Assembly: GCF_033153115.1 (NCBI RefSeq)
Contig: NW_026889752.1
Location: forward strand, 2,294,001 to 2,358,000
Length of the DNA: 64,000 bases
Reading direction: 5' to 3'
From: Saccostrea echinata
Taxonomy: Eukaryota
The position numbers and the translations under genes are program-made. Below, piece by piece: positions 44,901 through 58,264 of this stretch. Under the pieces are notes generated by a model that saw only the letters and a list, made by a program, of their open reading frames with translations, ran no database searches and was not told the origin of the DNA. Positions within the stretch are counted from its first letter, which is position 1. Each line of letters begins with the position of its first letter.

Positions 44901-47900
44901 AACAAAAGTCCTGATTGTACTAAGGTACAGTGTACTCAAATTTGTTCAAATCCTGACCCCCGGGGTCAGGGTGGGACCGCAATTTGAGATGACATGAATA
45001 TGTAGAAAAAATATTTAAAAATCCTCTTATGAAGAACAGCAAAGCAAAAATTAGTCATATTTACCAGGAAGCATCCTCAGGGAGTGTAAATAAATTTTTG
45101 TTAATAGCATGACCCTTGGGTGAAGGGATGGACCAGAATAGGCGATCAAAGTTTTACATAGGAATAAATATGAAGAAAACAAAAATTAAAAACCTTCTTG
45201 TCTAGAAGTAGAAAGCAATGAAAAGTTCTGAAAGCATCCTCAGATAGTGTAGATTCAAGTTTGTTCAAATCGTGGTCTATATGGGTAAATTGACGTCATT
45301 TTATATATGTACGACGTAATGACTCCGAAATTAACGTTTAGAATACCATGTGTTTCGTATAGTACCAACCAGATACAACCTAACACTAGAGCAAATTCTA
45401 AAAGTAAACCCTGGGTTTAATCTGCGTTCGCTCGGGATCCGCTATTTAAAAAAAATGTTGCAGTCTGGGTTCGCTGTACGTTCGGGTCAGGAGCGAACTA
45501 TTTTTGTGTTTTCTTTTTTATTTACGTAAACATTTTTTTTATCTCTTCTGAGTCAAAGGCTCAAAGAGCTAATGCTATAGCCATTTGTGCGGTGTGCATA
45601 AACTTTTAAGAATATGGGCCATAACTCAAGAACCCCTTCGCCATTTATTGTCAAATTTGTCACAGGGTATCCTTGGCCCAAGGGTTCCCGTTTATACTAA
45701 AACTAGGATTGCGACCCTTAAACAACGGGAGATAATTAGGAAAATAGAAACAAAAGTACTGGTTGCTAAAAAATCTTCTCAAGAACCACTCGGCAGATTA
45801 TCACCAAACTTACACAAAAGGATGAGGATATGTTGTAGATTAAAATTTGCACAGGGATTTACCCTGGGGAAAAGGGCGTGATCTCAAGGTCACTTCAAAG
45901 TTGACCAGAAATTACATATTATTAAAATGTTGATTTTTTGCTTACTATAAGGACTAGGATCATCAAATCTTGTCTGTTGATGCATCTAAGGACCTCATAT
46001 CATTTTGACTCAAAAGTAGGTCAAGGTGACATACTTTTTAAATTTTATGGCTTTATTTAAATATATCTGGTACTTATTCGCTTAGAACCATCAAACTTTG
46101 GCAGTTGATGCATCTTGGGTCCTCAAAGTATGTCATTTGAAAAGTATGTCACTGTGACCTACTTTTGAAATTTTATGGTTATAATTTTAAAAATATTTTA
46201 GGTATTAATTGGTTTAGAAACATCAAACTTAGTTGATGCATCTTGGGTCCTCAAAGAATGACAAGTGATAAGTAGGTCACCATAACCAACTCTCAGGTAC
46301 TAATTGGCTTAGAATCATCTTGGGTTCTCAGAGTGTTTCATCTAAAATGTAGGTCATGATGACCTACCTTTGGAATTTAAAGGGTTTATCTAAATATACA
46401 GGATACGTAGAGGCTTTAAATAGAAGTGATAGGTTGTACAGTTTATCAGAAGAGCGATTCAAGCCCCTTGGGCCTCTTGTTTTTAACTCCGTGGTCATCT
46501 TACATCTATATCTGTTCTATTTAGTTTTCATATCACTGTTATGTTAAACTGCATTGTTTAACAGGTACATTTACATTTATTTTTTTTCAATTAATGTTGA
46601 ATCTCAATAATTAAAAAAAACAATGAACAGTAGCCTAAATGACGAGAAAGAGAAATAGTTTGATTTTTTGTTCAGTACAGTTTATCTTAGTTACTTCAAT
46701 TTTTAACCGAATTGGAAGTGCATTTTTTATGTAATACGTAGATATTGATTTGCATATACCTTGCGTGTCATGTTTTGTTTCTAATAATTTCGCATACTCT
46801 CAAAAAGGGGGTAAAAATTCCCTGTCTCTACTCACTTACAATTAATTATTTTCATTTACTCATCATGATTTCAATATTTCAATTGCAAACAGACATATCC
46901 AGAAATGATGATTTTTGAAATGCCCGAAAAAAATATCAATTATAATAATTTTGTATATAAGCGGATTTTGTACATAATGATTGTTCATAAGCATGCCTCC
47001 AACCCCTTTCAAAAAGAACAAAAATGTTTAAGTAAATACAACAGCAAGAAATATAATTACTCCTTTATTAGCGGCATGAGGTCAAACAGAATTTCATTTT
47101 TAAATAATTTTGAATTAAGCAGTATCTATGAAAAGTATAAAAATAATGAATTTAAAATTAAATTTAAATTTAAGATGACTTAAGTAACAGAAATTTGGAT
47201 TTTTGACAAAAAATGTTGTAAATTAAGGGTAAGTGCAGACTATCTTCTAAAATATAAACTCTGGTGAGGCTTTGAAAGTGGTTTGACTACTTCTATAAAT
47301 TATGTAATTCACCTTTAATCAAAGTGCTGGTTTCATAATTTATTCTGTTCATGTTATTACGTCCTCAAAAATCTTTTTAGGGATGATGAAAATATACCAG
47401 TTTATCAAAGTATTCAGTGGAATTATACATAGTAATCCATATTTTATACCCCACCCCATCCCGCTCTCCAAGTCTTATCTATAAAAACATATTTTCTGTA
47501 CCTGTAATTTTTTTGTTCGTGGCGCCACTGTGTAGATATTTCTATCTGGACCCTTCAATTCAACGTTCTAAATCGGCGTTTCAAGTTTGTATATTCAAAC
47601 AAACCAGAAAACTTAAGGGGTTGGTGGGGTGGGGGAAGGGGGGAGTAATGGAAGGTTCAAATGTAAGGGGATTTATACTTAGGTACAACACTCTGACCAT
47701 GGTAAGGGATACACAACATGGAACCTTTGCACCCCAAAATAACTCCTCAACAGGTCTATGATTTTCAATACGTAATGGACTCTGGTTATCTTTCAAAAAG
47801 TAAATAAGTTTATGATATAAAGGCAATATAGAATTTTTTAAAAAAAATGTCAAAACGTAACAATTTCAATATACAAATGTCATTGAAAAAATATGGGTTC

Positions 47901-48934
47901 GCTCTGGGTTCAACCAGGGTGCACTTAAGGTGCCCTCTGGGTTCGCTTGGGGTCAGCTCTGGTCGGTACTGTACATTGGAAAATATTGAGAAAACTAGAA
48001 TAGGGCTATCATGGGCTTTTTCGAAAAGACTCTTCAAAGAAAAATTGGAAAGAGACAGAATTAGACGGGAAGAATGATACTGTCAATCAGCAATTCCATA
48101 TTCCACTTGGTTGGATAATAATCTTGGTTTATAAACGGTTATGTTAATGTACACATTCATAGAAGATTTTATTTATAGATGGACTATTGGTCTATTATAT
48201 AGCTCTCAACTTTAATAAAATAAAACTTACAGGGGCATAAGTGAAATGTATCATTGCTGTTTTCTTCAAATGTATCTTGGTTCATAGGTCTCTCACCGTA
48301 TATAAATGAAACGTACAGAACTTTTCTCACGACATGTTTTCTGTGCACTGTTTCATATCATTTCAGCTTTGGCGATCCTATTGCTTTTGACATCTGCATT
48401 TCATTGTCAAGAACAATGTTATTTTCCATGAGTTAAATTTTGCAAATTAACATAAAGAGTTACAGTTCAGCTAAAACTACAAGGTCGCAATTTTATATTT
48501 TATGAAAAAATACTGGACACCCTTTCCAAAAACTCTTCTGAGCTTAATCATTCTAATAAATTGGAAAAAAAAACACCTGACGAATTAAGGACAGCAAATT
48601 CTGAAAACATTCTCCTGTTATGACTTACTTGTCATTTTCGCATGGCAATGACTTTCTCACCACATATTTAGCGCAATTTTGATAATAATATGCCATGTTT
48701 GAGACACTCCTAAACTATAGGAGCTCCTGATTATAATTTCATATGATAGACTGTAGTTTATGTAAACTTTCTCCCGACTGTCATTTGTGTCTGTTCGCGT
48801 GCTTCCAAATTTTGAACAAAAGCTGGCTTTCAAAATTTAATTCATTAAAAGTTTGTATCTTGTTATATCATTTGTATGTCTTAAGACAAATCATACAGGG
48901 GTCTTGAAGTCATTTTTGGATTCTTACGCAAAAA

Positions 48935-48993
<59 letters not shown>

Positions 48994-51841
48994 ACAAATT
49001 AAAAAAAAGGAAAGTGGTGTCACGCTATCTGTTGTTTTGAAATAATCTTACATTGATATCAGGTTAATTTACATCCGTTACACGGTTTATATTTTATCAA
49101 ACAATTCCCAGAACTTTTGAAATACCCCTCATATTATGACGCTTGCTCAAATAATGCAATTGTGAAGAAGGCTTATTTTTTGGATACTTAATATTCACAA
49201 TACTATTTGGAGAACGCAAAATCTTTTGAGGGTACATTGATAGAGTATGTAACAAATGACATAAAAAAGCATACTTTCTTCTTTAAAATAGTTTATAAAG
49301 CTACTCGTTGATTCAATCAATATGTCATTTTGTCCATAAGTTAAATAGAATAACATGCGTCATTAAATAAAACAAAAGTGAAGCATGATTGTTTATTCCT
49401 TTGCAGATAGAACCAGACATATTTTGAGAAGGCATTGCGAGTCACAGTCATATGCAGAACTTTGTTTTGTTCAGCAAACCATTCAACAGCTTGAAGAAAA
49501 AAAGATTTCCATTATCTCTGGAGAAATTGGTTCTGGTAAAACATGCACTGCATATCAGGTGATGTGCAAGTTAGAAAAATTAAAACGTGAATTATTTCGT
49601 ATTCCTGTCATTGTTTCTTCTCCTCAAGAATGGGAAGCTGTTATTGTTACCAAATGTCGGTACGTTATTTTGCTGGATGATATTTTTGGCAGAGTTTGCA
49701 TTAGTAAAAATTCTTATTACGAATGGAATGCCTTTCTGGACAAAATGTACTCGGATGTTGAAACAACTAACCAACACGTCATTCTCTGTATGCGGACAAA
49801 CATACTTAATCAAGCTTTGGATATTTTTTCGAAGAAAAAAATGTTTAGATGTGCAGGGCATATTAAGCATGACATTTCAATTGAAGAAAAACGAAAAATT
49901 ATAAGACAATTCTCTATTTCCTGTCTAGATGAATCAAATCACATACATGGTACCAAAAAGCTTATCGAATCTGAGATAGAGGAGATTATTGACACACAAC
50001 TGTTTGACAATTATGGATTTCCATTACTTTGCTTTTTCTTTTTTGCAAATAAAACATTTTATTCCAGTAAAGCTGATTTCTTTAGAAATGCAAAGAATGC
50101 TCTTCGTATATTAATAGACAGGATGATGAATTCCGACAACATTCAAGAGAAACTGGCTTATTGTGTTCTTGTATATGTGTTGTTTAAAAAACAAATCAAT
50201 CTTCAAAGCATACCAGAGAAAGAACTAGTCTGTATTTTGAACCTGATAGGAATATCATCAGAACACATTGTGGAAAATGATATGAGGAATGCCTTGATGA
50301 TCTTTCTGCATGGAACATTTCTTTCATCAACCACTGAAGGAGACATATTCGAACTTTCACATGATGTAATAGGGGACGTTGTACTCGTTTCATTTGGAAA
50401 GTTGCGACCAGATATACTTATCAAATACTGCAGTCGAGAAACATTTCTAGAGTATATTGGACCCTTCGAATCATGCGAAAATGAAAGCGTTTTAACAATT
50501 ACAAAAACTCACTACCAGTATTTGGTGAACAGAATGTTTCGTCGTGATGATTGTGACTGTGATGAAGGTGAACTTCTAAATGGGGCTCTGGATATTCTGT
50601 GGCATCCTGCTTGTGAAAATGAAAAATTTGTTGCGTATTTACTAGACCATGGAGTCTCGGAGCATATGCCAGCAATATTAAGGAAGGTCTGGAAATGTCT
50701 TGAAGATGGAAAGCACGAAAATGCAATGTTATTCCGAAATTTACTACAAAGATTTGGTCCAATACAAGACAGTAGGGTATGGACAAATTCATTATCTGGA
50801 ATAACAACATCTCTGAAAAAAATCTTGGGTTTTGCGAATCCTAAACCCTCTATCAGTATTACGAAAGAAAACATTTCCTTGGCATTGAAAGGCTCCATTA
50901 TTCGTGGACATGAGAAAAACACTCTGAGTATTTTGACATATATTAAAAAAGATACAAAACTCCACGATCTTCTTCATCTGAAAGTAGATGGAGTAAACAT
51001 ATTCCACCTGTGTATTGCATATGGTTGGGAAACTGTTGTAAATTTGATGTTCGAGATAAACCCTGAATTAGAAGGAAAAAGTACTTTAGATGGATACACA
51101 GCCGTTCATTTTGCTGCATATGGGGGTCGTACTGAACTTCTGAGAATGTTAGAAGAAAAGAATGCAAGCTTTATCAGAAAATCAAAGAACGAATACTCTG
51201 CTTTTCATTGCCTTTTGTTTGGATTAAGATACGGACAGCATATTGTGAGAGGACCAGCTTTTACCAAAAAAATTAAGCTGGATGTTAACCTCAAATTTCC
51301 AGGGGAGAAAAGCTACATGGAAGCATTAGACATCTTGGCGGAGAAAGGTTTGGACATATCAAAGGATGTACAGTTTGAGGTTGATCGGTATGGTCACAAT
51401 ATCATACACTACCTAATAATTCACAATTACAAGGAACTACTAGTGAAATGTCTCGGAGACAAAAAGTTAGATTTTTTCTTTTTTAAATCAAGCAATCTTT
51501 TATCCAATCCCCTAAACGTTGCTGTCTATTTGGGGCGAGCTGAAATAGCTGAAAAGCTATGGGAGGCTGGAGGAAGAGTAGATAGATCTCAAGAGATAAG
51601 TCCATTCGATCTCATATCTGAAGGAAGAAAGTTTCAGGATAAAACTGGAAGTAGAACTGGTGAATGGTATGATGAATTTGCAACATACGATACCCCAGAA
51701 CAATTCGATAAAGATGAAGTTCTACAGACCCGTAGCATGCTTTCAATAATTGAGAATGTCCTGGTGACATATGGGAATAAAGACGATTTTGATACCATAC
51801 AAATGTTCTTGGAGAGCCATGTATACAAAAAACCCATCTAA
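41909..51841 (+). CDS. HEPN (DZIP3-type) - coiled coil - STAND NTPase (nSTAND3-like) - ankyrin repeat protein, ~1105 aa: join(41909..42500,42667..42933,43042..43065,49407..51841)
   Basis: All three GT-AG introns are phase 1 and the join is stop-free (3318 nt). HEPN hallmarks are FDLSLLYVLLRSICG, PTNGW and REARNTIAH. The NTPase has Walker A GEIGSGKT (49520-49543) and Walker B ILLDDIFG, then GFPL and a winged-helix-like H-D motif (FELSHDVIGD). Ankyrin repeats include DGYTAVHFAAYGGRTELLRMLEEKNA and NPLNVAVYLGRAEIAEKLWEAGG. Extra small exons in the 6.3-kb intron cannot be excluded. Confidence 0.82.
44157..45280 (+). mobile_element. HINE-type element with Cg170-like repeats, interrupted by a SINE
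   Basis: 5' end AGCTCATCCTAGCTGAAAGCACAAGTGAG, a GTCC/GTCT tract and repeated GTAGATTCAAGTTTG / ATCCTGACCCCCGGGG units, as in 15488-16417. Confidence 0.7.
44365..44697 (-). mobile_element. tRNA-derived SINE with 11-bp TSD
   Basis: TSD GCTTTTAAGGA at 44354-44364 and 44698-44708. The tRNA head and (CAAT)n tail are on the minus strand. Confidence 0.88.
45540..46482 (+). mobile_element. HINE-type element with ~135-bp internal repeats
   Basis: 5' TCTTCTGAGTCAAAGGCTCAAAGAG, repeated CATCAAACTT...GTTGATGCATCTTGGGTCCTCAAAG units, and 3' CAGAAGAGCGATTCAAGCCCCTTGGGCCTCTTGTT. Confidence 0.65.
48932..48993. repeat. (AAAT)n microsatellite
   Basis: About 15 consecutive AAAT units. Confidence 0.95.
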
Positions 51842-54800
51842 CCAATTCAATCCAAAATAATAATAATAATAAGAAGAAGAAGAAGAAGAAGAAGAAAGAC
51901 AGACAGACAAACAGATATACCAAAAAATTCCAATATTTTGAATTCTTTTGCTTGGTCTAAAATAATAGGTTAATAAGTGTTAAAAGGACTTAGACGTATG
52001 AACCTGAACTGTCCATGATATTTAAGACCACAGAAAACAGCAACAAAAATGATTGAGATAAAAAGTGTTTTCATAGTGACATGACATAATTTGTGCAATT
52101 AATCTAAATGAGACAATGCTGAAATATTATAGGATAGATTTCAGTAACTTAAATAGATCTTGATTCCCACGTATAGTACCTCATGGTAGAACTTTTAATG
52201 AATTTAAACATAAGCCATCAACTGATTGCTGACAGGGCGTTTTATATCTAATACCAAACCCTGCACGACTTTTTGCGCCCCTATGTGTTTGTGCCTTTGA
52301 GCCTAATTTTTCTCTAGACCTACATGTAGCTGTTTAGATATTCCACGTTTGTTTTCTTAGATTTAAATATGATCCATAGAAAAAAACTTTTGCACATTAG
52401 AGGTTCTTGTATAAGCCTTAAGGTCAATATTATCATTTTGAAATTTTAAATGAAACAAATATTTGTAGAATTTTTGAAAATAATATCTTGATAGTGAATC
52501 AAAACTTATAACATAAAAAAGGTTGAAGTAATTTTGTCTACTTTTCAGCTAACAATTTTGGATATCCAAAAAGTAGATGAGCAAATTGATCATACTTTTT
52601 CCATTTCATTCTTAAAGATGGTGAAACAAGTACATGTATCTTACTTCTAATTACGTGGACTACTAATAGAAAGTGTATATATAGTCACAGAAAAGTCTTC
52701 AAATTTTAGTTCCGGGTGACATTATGAGTTTTAACAGGTGCATATACAAATTTTTGTACTTAATTCTTTACTTTTTGCTTTACAACAATTAAGTACATTT
52801 TATGCCTTTTTGTATTAGGAACATTGCCGTTGGATAAACGAATTGCTTGAGTTACAATAGATAATAAATTTCTGATAAATTTCTTTTTCCTGTTTTTCTT
52901 TTCTAGTTTATTCTCCTTATTATTAAAAGTTTTTTGCAAAGTTCAATATGAGATTTCCTGTTCAGAATGCACAGTAGTATGCATAATACATGTATCTTTA
53001 TACAGTTTCGGAGTACGAAAATAATAGCTTTTACTGAGGAACATTGGTAACCCGGACCCACAAATTGGACCCTTTCATCTTTCGGTCTAAATTTCTGGGT
53101 AATGCAATTTTATATTTACTGTAAACATACATTTTACGCTGGTTCAAAATTCCTCGAAATCACAATTTCTGTTAAATCCGCCGGTAAAAAATTACGCGGA
53201 ACTCTTATATTGCCCTTGTATGTCTAACTAGACATTAAGTACGCTGTGATAAATTTCCATGGAATATTTGCTGTCATGTACGTAGGGTAAAAATTCCATT
53301 CCAAAAAGTACTGCTACAATTATCTTCAAATAATAAAAAATACGACTGACGATTCACTGATCGTGACAATATGTTGGGAAACACAAGCGTCCAGATAAAT
53401 AAGGCTCGACTGTATAGATTTAGCCTGTTTTCACATTCCATGATGTTTGTAACCTCATAAAGCAGAGGGTTAATTTGAGAGCTCAATTCTCTGGCAATTG
53501 TGGAAAACCTAACAATGAAATTCTTTCTCTCTTTCTGTGTTACTGTGTAACACTGTCAGTCTTCTGGAGACGTTTTCTATTGATTCTTTTTATGCCAGCT
53601 TAACTTAAATATAACATCAAAGTAATTACAACACAAATAAAATTTATTTGATTTTACAGACTGGTTTTGAACTAATACTGTGCTTAAAATCATTATACAT
53701 CTGTCTTAAACGTGGGATTTAAAATTGTGGTTTTAGAACCAAATAAGTTTTGCACTAGCAGATCTCAACACCTCGTTTATACGTGACGTTATCCTATCCA
53801 AAATCTGACAATATTCCCCTAGTTATTAAAGCAAATTGAGAGTTACTTGATTAGTCTGTTGAAAAAGTAAATGATTTAATCAAACGATCTCAATACTGCT
53901 TTTGGTGGGAATATGACAGTTATGCAGTGTTGTAGTGAAAATATGTAAATGCTGGAAGGCAATTATATATTCAAACATAATTACTTTGTTAAGTTAAAAA
54001 CATCAAACATTATAAACTAGAACATCAGTTTAATTCCAGCTGTGTGCAATTTATATTTTTATATATTCATATTTTATTTACATTTTTATTATTTTCTTAA
54101 ATTCTTCACCATGTTCATACTTTACCAAATATTTTTGAATCGCGATAAATCTGCACACACACTGGAGTCGAAGTGACAATGGTGGTGTGTTTACTTTCTC
54201 ACATTTCTTGACTGCAGTTAATTTTAATATCTATCATAAAAACACCATAGATTTCCAATTTTCTCAACTACTATTGGACTTTTGCGAGAAGCGCTGACTT
54301 TTACTATCAACGACTTACTTTTACACTAGGTTAGTGTATGGAAGCTCTTTTGCAATATGAATATTAAGCTTAGCAGTTCATTAAACGATGATAATGGACT
54401 ATTTCAAAGAACATATTACAATGTCTAGGAAGGGAAGGAAAAACAAAAAATGCCACAATTCGTCTTGAATTTACACAAAATGGGGATCTCTACATATTTA
54501 GATCCCCATTTTTTATAGAGTTAAAAAAATGGAGCTTACAAATTAAGTATAGGTAATATATTTAAATAGAAAAATGTAAAAATAGAAATAAAAAGTTAGA
54601 AATAATCTTAAAAAGGTCTTAAGAATAGTACAGCAAAGTCTAAGCACCCATGCGCTGAAGAATATATTTTGAATCGGAGAGTTAGTGTGAGACAAAATGG
54701 GATCAAAGTTTTCATTAGATTTCATTCATGAAATAAATCTATGAAAATGGTCTTTAAAATAACTATAATTCGTCAAAATAATAAGCATTGAAGATTATCT

Positions 54801-55398
54801 GAATGAAGCATACACACGATAAATTAATTAGTGGGTTTACATGAAAAGTTCAGGAACACGTACTTTCCAAAAGGCACTTTGATTAGAACTTCAGTTTCCA
54901 TATATTGAATTTTATATATGGACCAATCATAATGCTTACCATTGGTCACATGATCTTATCAATGGAAAACTCACTGTGAAAGTAAACGTATTCATATTTA
55001 CTTTAACAGTTTAATAATATAATAAACAAAGAAGTGTATTTCTTTACTCAATGTGAGTCCTTATAAAAACTTAATTAGTGAAGCATGGGATGACAGTCAC
55101 CTGAGTATAATGAGTTTTTAAAGCTATAACCATTCTAGTACCATAAGATTTGGACCTCTGGTCTCACAAAGAATAGTTTTGAGAGGATTATATACTCATT
55201 TCTATGGAGCTTTCCTCCTAGAAATCCAAGCACCCTGTAGAATAAATTTCAATACATGACCAACTTAGCCCCACCCTAGGGCCGGAGCGCTGATATCAAA
55301 ATCGTGTAATGCATTATAATTTACGACCAGTTGAGTACCACCCTAGGGTCTAAACCAGTGGCTTACATTTTTAGAGGGATATAAGTGTTTATTATAAT

Positions 55399-56245
55399 TA
55401 GGGATGTCAAAATATTTATTTTTCATAGTCGATTATTCGATTGAATTATTCGAACGAAAGTCGAATATTCGCCATGGTACATGACGTATTGTTACTCACA
55501 AACCCTTTCATTTAAATGTATTTAAAATGTAACATCAAAATTAATGCGATGTGACGTGTGGATAGCATAATTATATAAATAAAATTCCCCGTCGATCGAA
55601 TTCATAAATCGGTCTGTACAGTAAATTTTTATTTTAACAAGCATTAAAAAGCATTTAAAAATTGCAAGCCGATATTTTTTAAAGCTCACAATGTAATGAA
55701 TCATGAAACATCAGGTGCTTGTGATATTGTTAAACAGTTAGATACTGCTTATTCAATAATATTATTGATTGTTTCTACTATCCGTAAAATGTAAGCGAAT
55801 TGTTTAAATAATTATCGAAGTGTCAAAACAAGTCACGGCTATGGTGTGTTCCTTGGATTTGAGCAATCTTAAAATAACTAAATATAATTGGTACACGGTT
55901 TAGAATCAACCCCAATTAATATTTTTACAAAGAAAGCAGAGTAATTTGATCGGTAATTTACTACAAAAACAATACGGACAAATAATTCTCGCGATTGTGA
56001 AGCACTAACAATTAGTGTACTTTCTATATATGCATATGGAAAATCAATATTTTGTGGAGGAAAATTATCGACTGTGTCTGAAGACTGAGGGTTTCTCAGT
56101 TTTGAGATGAGAATTCCATCTCGTTATCCCACTTTTTTACATTTATTTAATAATAATAATAATAATATTCGAATGTCGTTTCATTATTCGATCGTCGGTC
56201 CAATCGACTGATAGTCGAATAGTCGACTATTCGTTGACATCCCTA
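55399..56245. mobile_element. hAT-like MITE with TCGA-rich subterminal repeats
   Basis: TIR TAGGGATGTCAA...TTGACATCCCTA with 8-bp TSD ATTATAAT / ATTATCAT (1 mismatch). Clusters of TCGA/ATTCGA occur at both ends. The terminal 8 nt are the same as in 25215-25625. Confidence 0.85.
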
Positions 56246-56681
56246 ATTATCATATATAAAGTTAAAAGTTTACATGTTCTTGCCCATCATGTTATATATC
56301 CAGTATATGACAATGACCATCACAAGGCCTGAAAACATGGACTCAGGTGACTTGGTTTCCACAGTTTTGGTAAAAGATTGAGTACGAATTATAATTAAGC
56401 AAAACATTTGCCTGGTAGATCTCAATTAGGAACGAAGAAAGCTTTCAAAGATTCTTTAAAAACCTTCTCTTTCCTCCATTCCCATCGTACCCAAGAGTGT
56501 CAGAGGCCAGGAAAATTTGCAATTATATTTATCTAAATATGAATTAGTATACATACATGTATATTATTTTTTACCCATTGATGATTTATTATAATATACC
56601 AAAATTAGTTGAAATTGGTATAGCTGTTCTGGAGTAGAAACAGAAAATATTAAACAGTAGAGTTTACGCTTTAGGACGGAA

Positions 56682-56896
56682 TACTGTAGATTCCTAAATA
56701 TAGCAGGGATTTAATTATCGCGTAATTTCGCGAGAAGCACCACTCGCGAAATAGAATTACTCGCTTTTATTTTTATGGTGCTGAAATCAATATAAAATCT
56801 CTTGATCATCCGTCCACATGCGAATTATTGTTCTCTTGACGTTAAAGAGCCATTTTGCAATAATAAGTACTCGCGAAAAATAAGGAATCTACAGTA
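56682..56896. mobile_element. Short TA-flanked MITE (Tc1/mariner-like)
   Basis: Termini TACTGTAGATTCCT ... AGGAATCTACAGTA with internal TCGCGAA repeats. Confidence 0.7.
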
Positions 56897-57205
56897 ATGG
56901 AAACAGCATGAGGCACCTGAAAACCTCAGGCGACTTTTTCTGTCGTTGTTGAACACACAGAGCTTAAAGCGACTTTTTATGTTTTATAGAAAATACAGAT
57001 ATTTTCTCTCTCCTTTTGTTGTGATTTCAATGGTTAAATGATATTTCTACAATGAAAAAATAATAAATTGAAATTGTCAAAAATTCAATAGAAGGCATTA
57101 AAAACCTTTTCTTTACTATTTTCACATCAATATTAGATGTAAAGTGAAACATTTCATCAGTAAACATCAATAATGCTATTGTAGAAAAAAAATCATATAA
57201 TCCGC

Positions 57206-57684
57206 TTATTAGTCCCCTACCCGGTGAAACCGGAGGGGACTATAGGTTTCCTCTGAGTCTGTCCGTCCGTCTGTCTGTCTGTCTGTCGGTCTATCCGTCT
57301 GTCTGTCCCTCTGTCTGTCCCACTTGGTTTTCCGCACTTTTTCCCTAAACGCTTGCAGATATTGAGCTGATTTTTGGTATGTGAGTGTATCTTGATGAGT
57401 TACAGATCAAGTTTGCATTTCGTTCCGCTTCATTGATTTTTGACGGAATTACGGCCTTTTCAATTTTTAAGGGTTTTCCGCAATTTTCTTCTGAACGATT
57501 TCAGATATTGAGCTGATTTTTGGTATATGACTTTACCTTGATTAGCTATAAATCAAGTTTGCATGTCGTCCCGCTTCATTGATTTTTGACGGAATTATGG
57601 CATTTTCAATTGTTAACGGGAACCAGATTACACTTGCCGGTAGGGGACTAGTATTGCTAATGCAATACTCTCAGAATGCTTGTT
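57206..57684 (+). mobile_element. Compact, apparently complete HINE/Helentron-associated element
   Basis: Sub-terminal inverted repeat TAGTCCCCTACC / GGTAGGGGACTA, a 5' hairpin, a (GTCC/GTCT)n tract, two ~150-bp core repeats (GATATTGAGCTGATTTTTGGTAT) and a 3' stem GTATTGC..GCAATAC. It is inserted in T-runs. Confidence 0.8.
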
Positions 57685-58264
57685 TTATTTTATTTTTTTC
57701 AAAATATTTTTTGGTCATAAAATTATTATTGAAATAAAAAAATTAAAATTTTCTAATGTCTGAAGAAATAGTTTTCCATAACGTTAAAATTTGGAAATGT
57801 TTATAAACCACTATGAAATGAAGATAAGCAAATTTGCTTTCATTTCTTGTTTGAAAATCTTTCTCACGAAAAAAAAAAAATTTCCATAGAAAACTCCTTT
57901 AAAATGAATGTCTGTCGTGTTATAAAATTATGTTTGGTTGTATATGTACAATATTTCGTAAATAGGAATATTTATATTAACACACATTTTGTAAAATATC
58001 AAATCAGTCACTTTGAAATCAAAATGGTTAGGGGCGTACTTCCTTAACAGCTGCGATGCATTACTGCATATTCTGCTTGATAATACATGTGTAGCTTCCT
58101 TTTCTATAATGGCTGTCCTGTGGTGGATGTGGTTTATTTTGATCAGTGGATTTGTTGACTGTTACGGTATGTCCATCTTTTAACATTTCCATCTGTACAT
58201 TTTACATGCTTATTTTATCTTTGTGTCTTACATAAATACAATTTCTTAAAATATTTATTGAGTA

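Noticed and set aside
49385-49406. ATG at 49385 as the start of a stand-alone 818-aa gene
   Set aside because: It lies in the polypyrimidine tract of the acceptor at 49405-49406, whose phase matches the upstream HEPN exons. A single spliced gene is more parsimonious, although a short isoform is not excluded.
49407-51841. Bacterial contamination or recent horizontal transfer of the long single-exon STAND ORF
   Set aside because: It is spliced to upstream exons through canonical introns, has host-like AT content and is embedded among host repeats.
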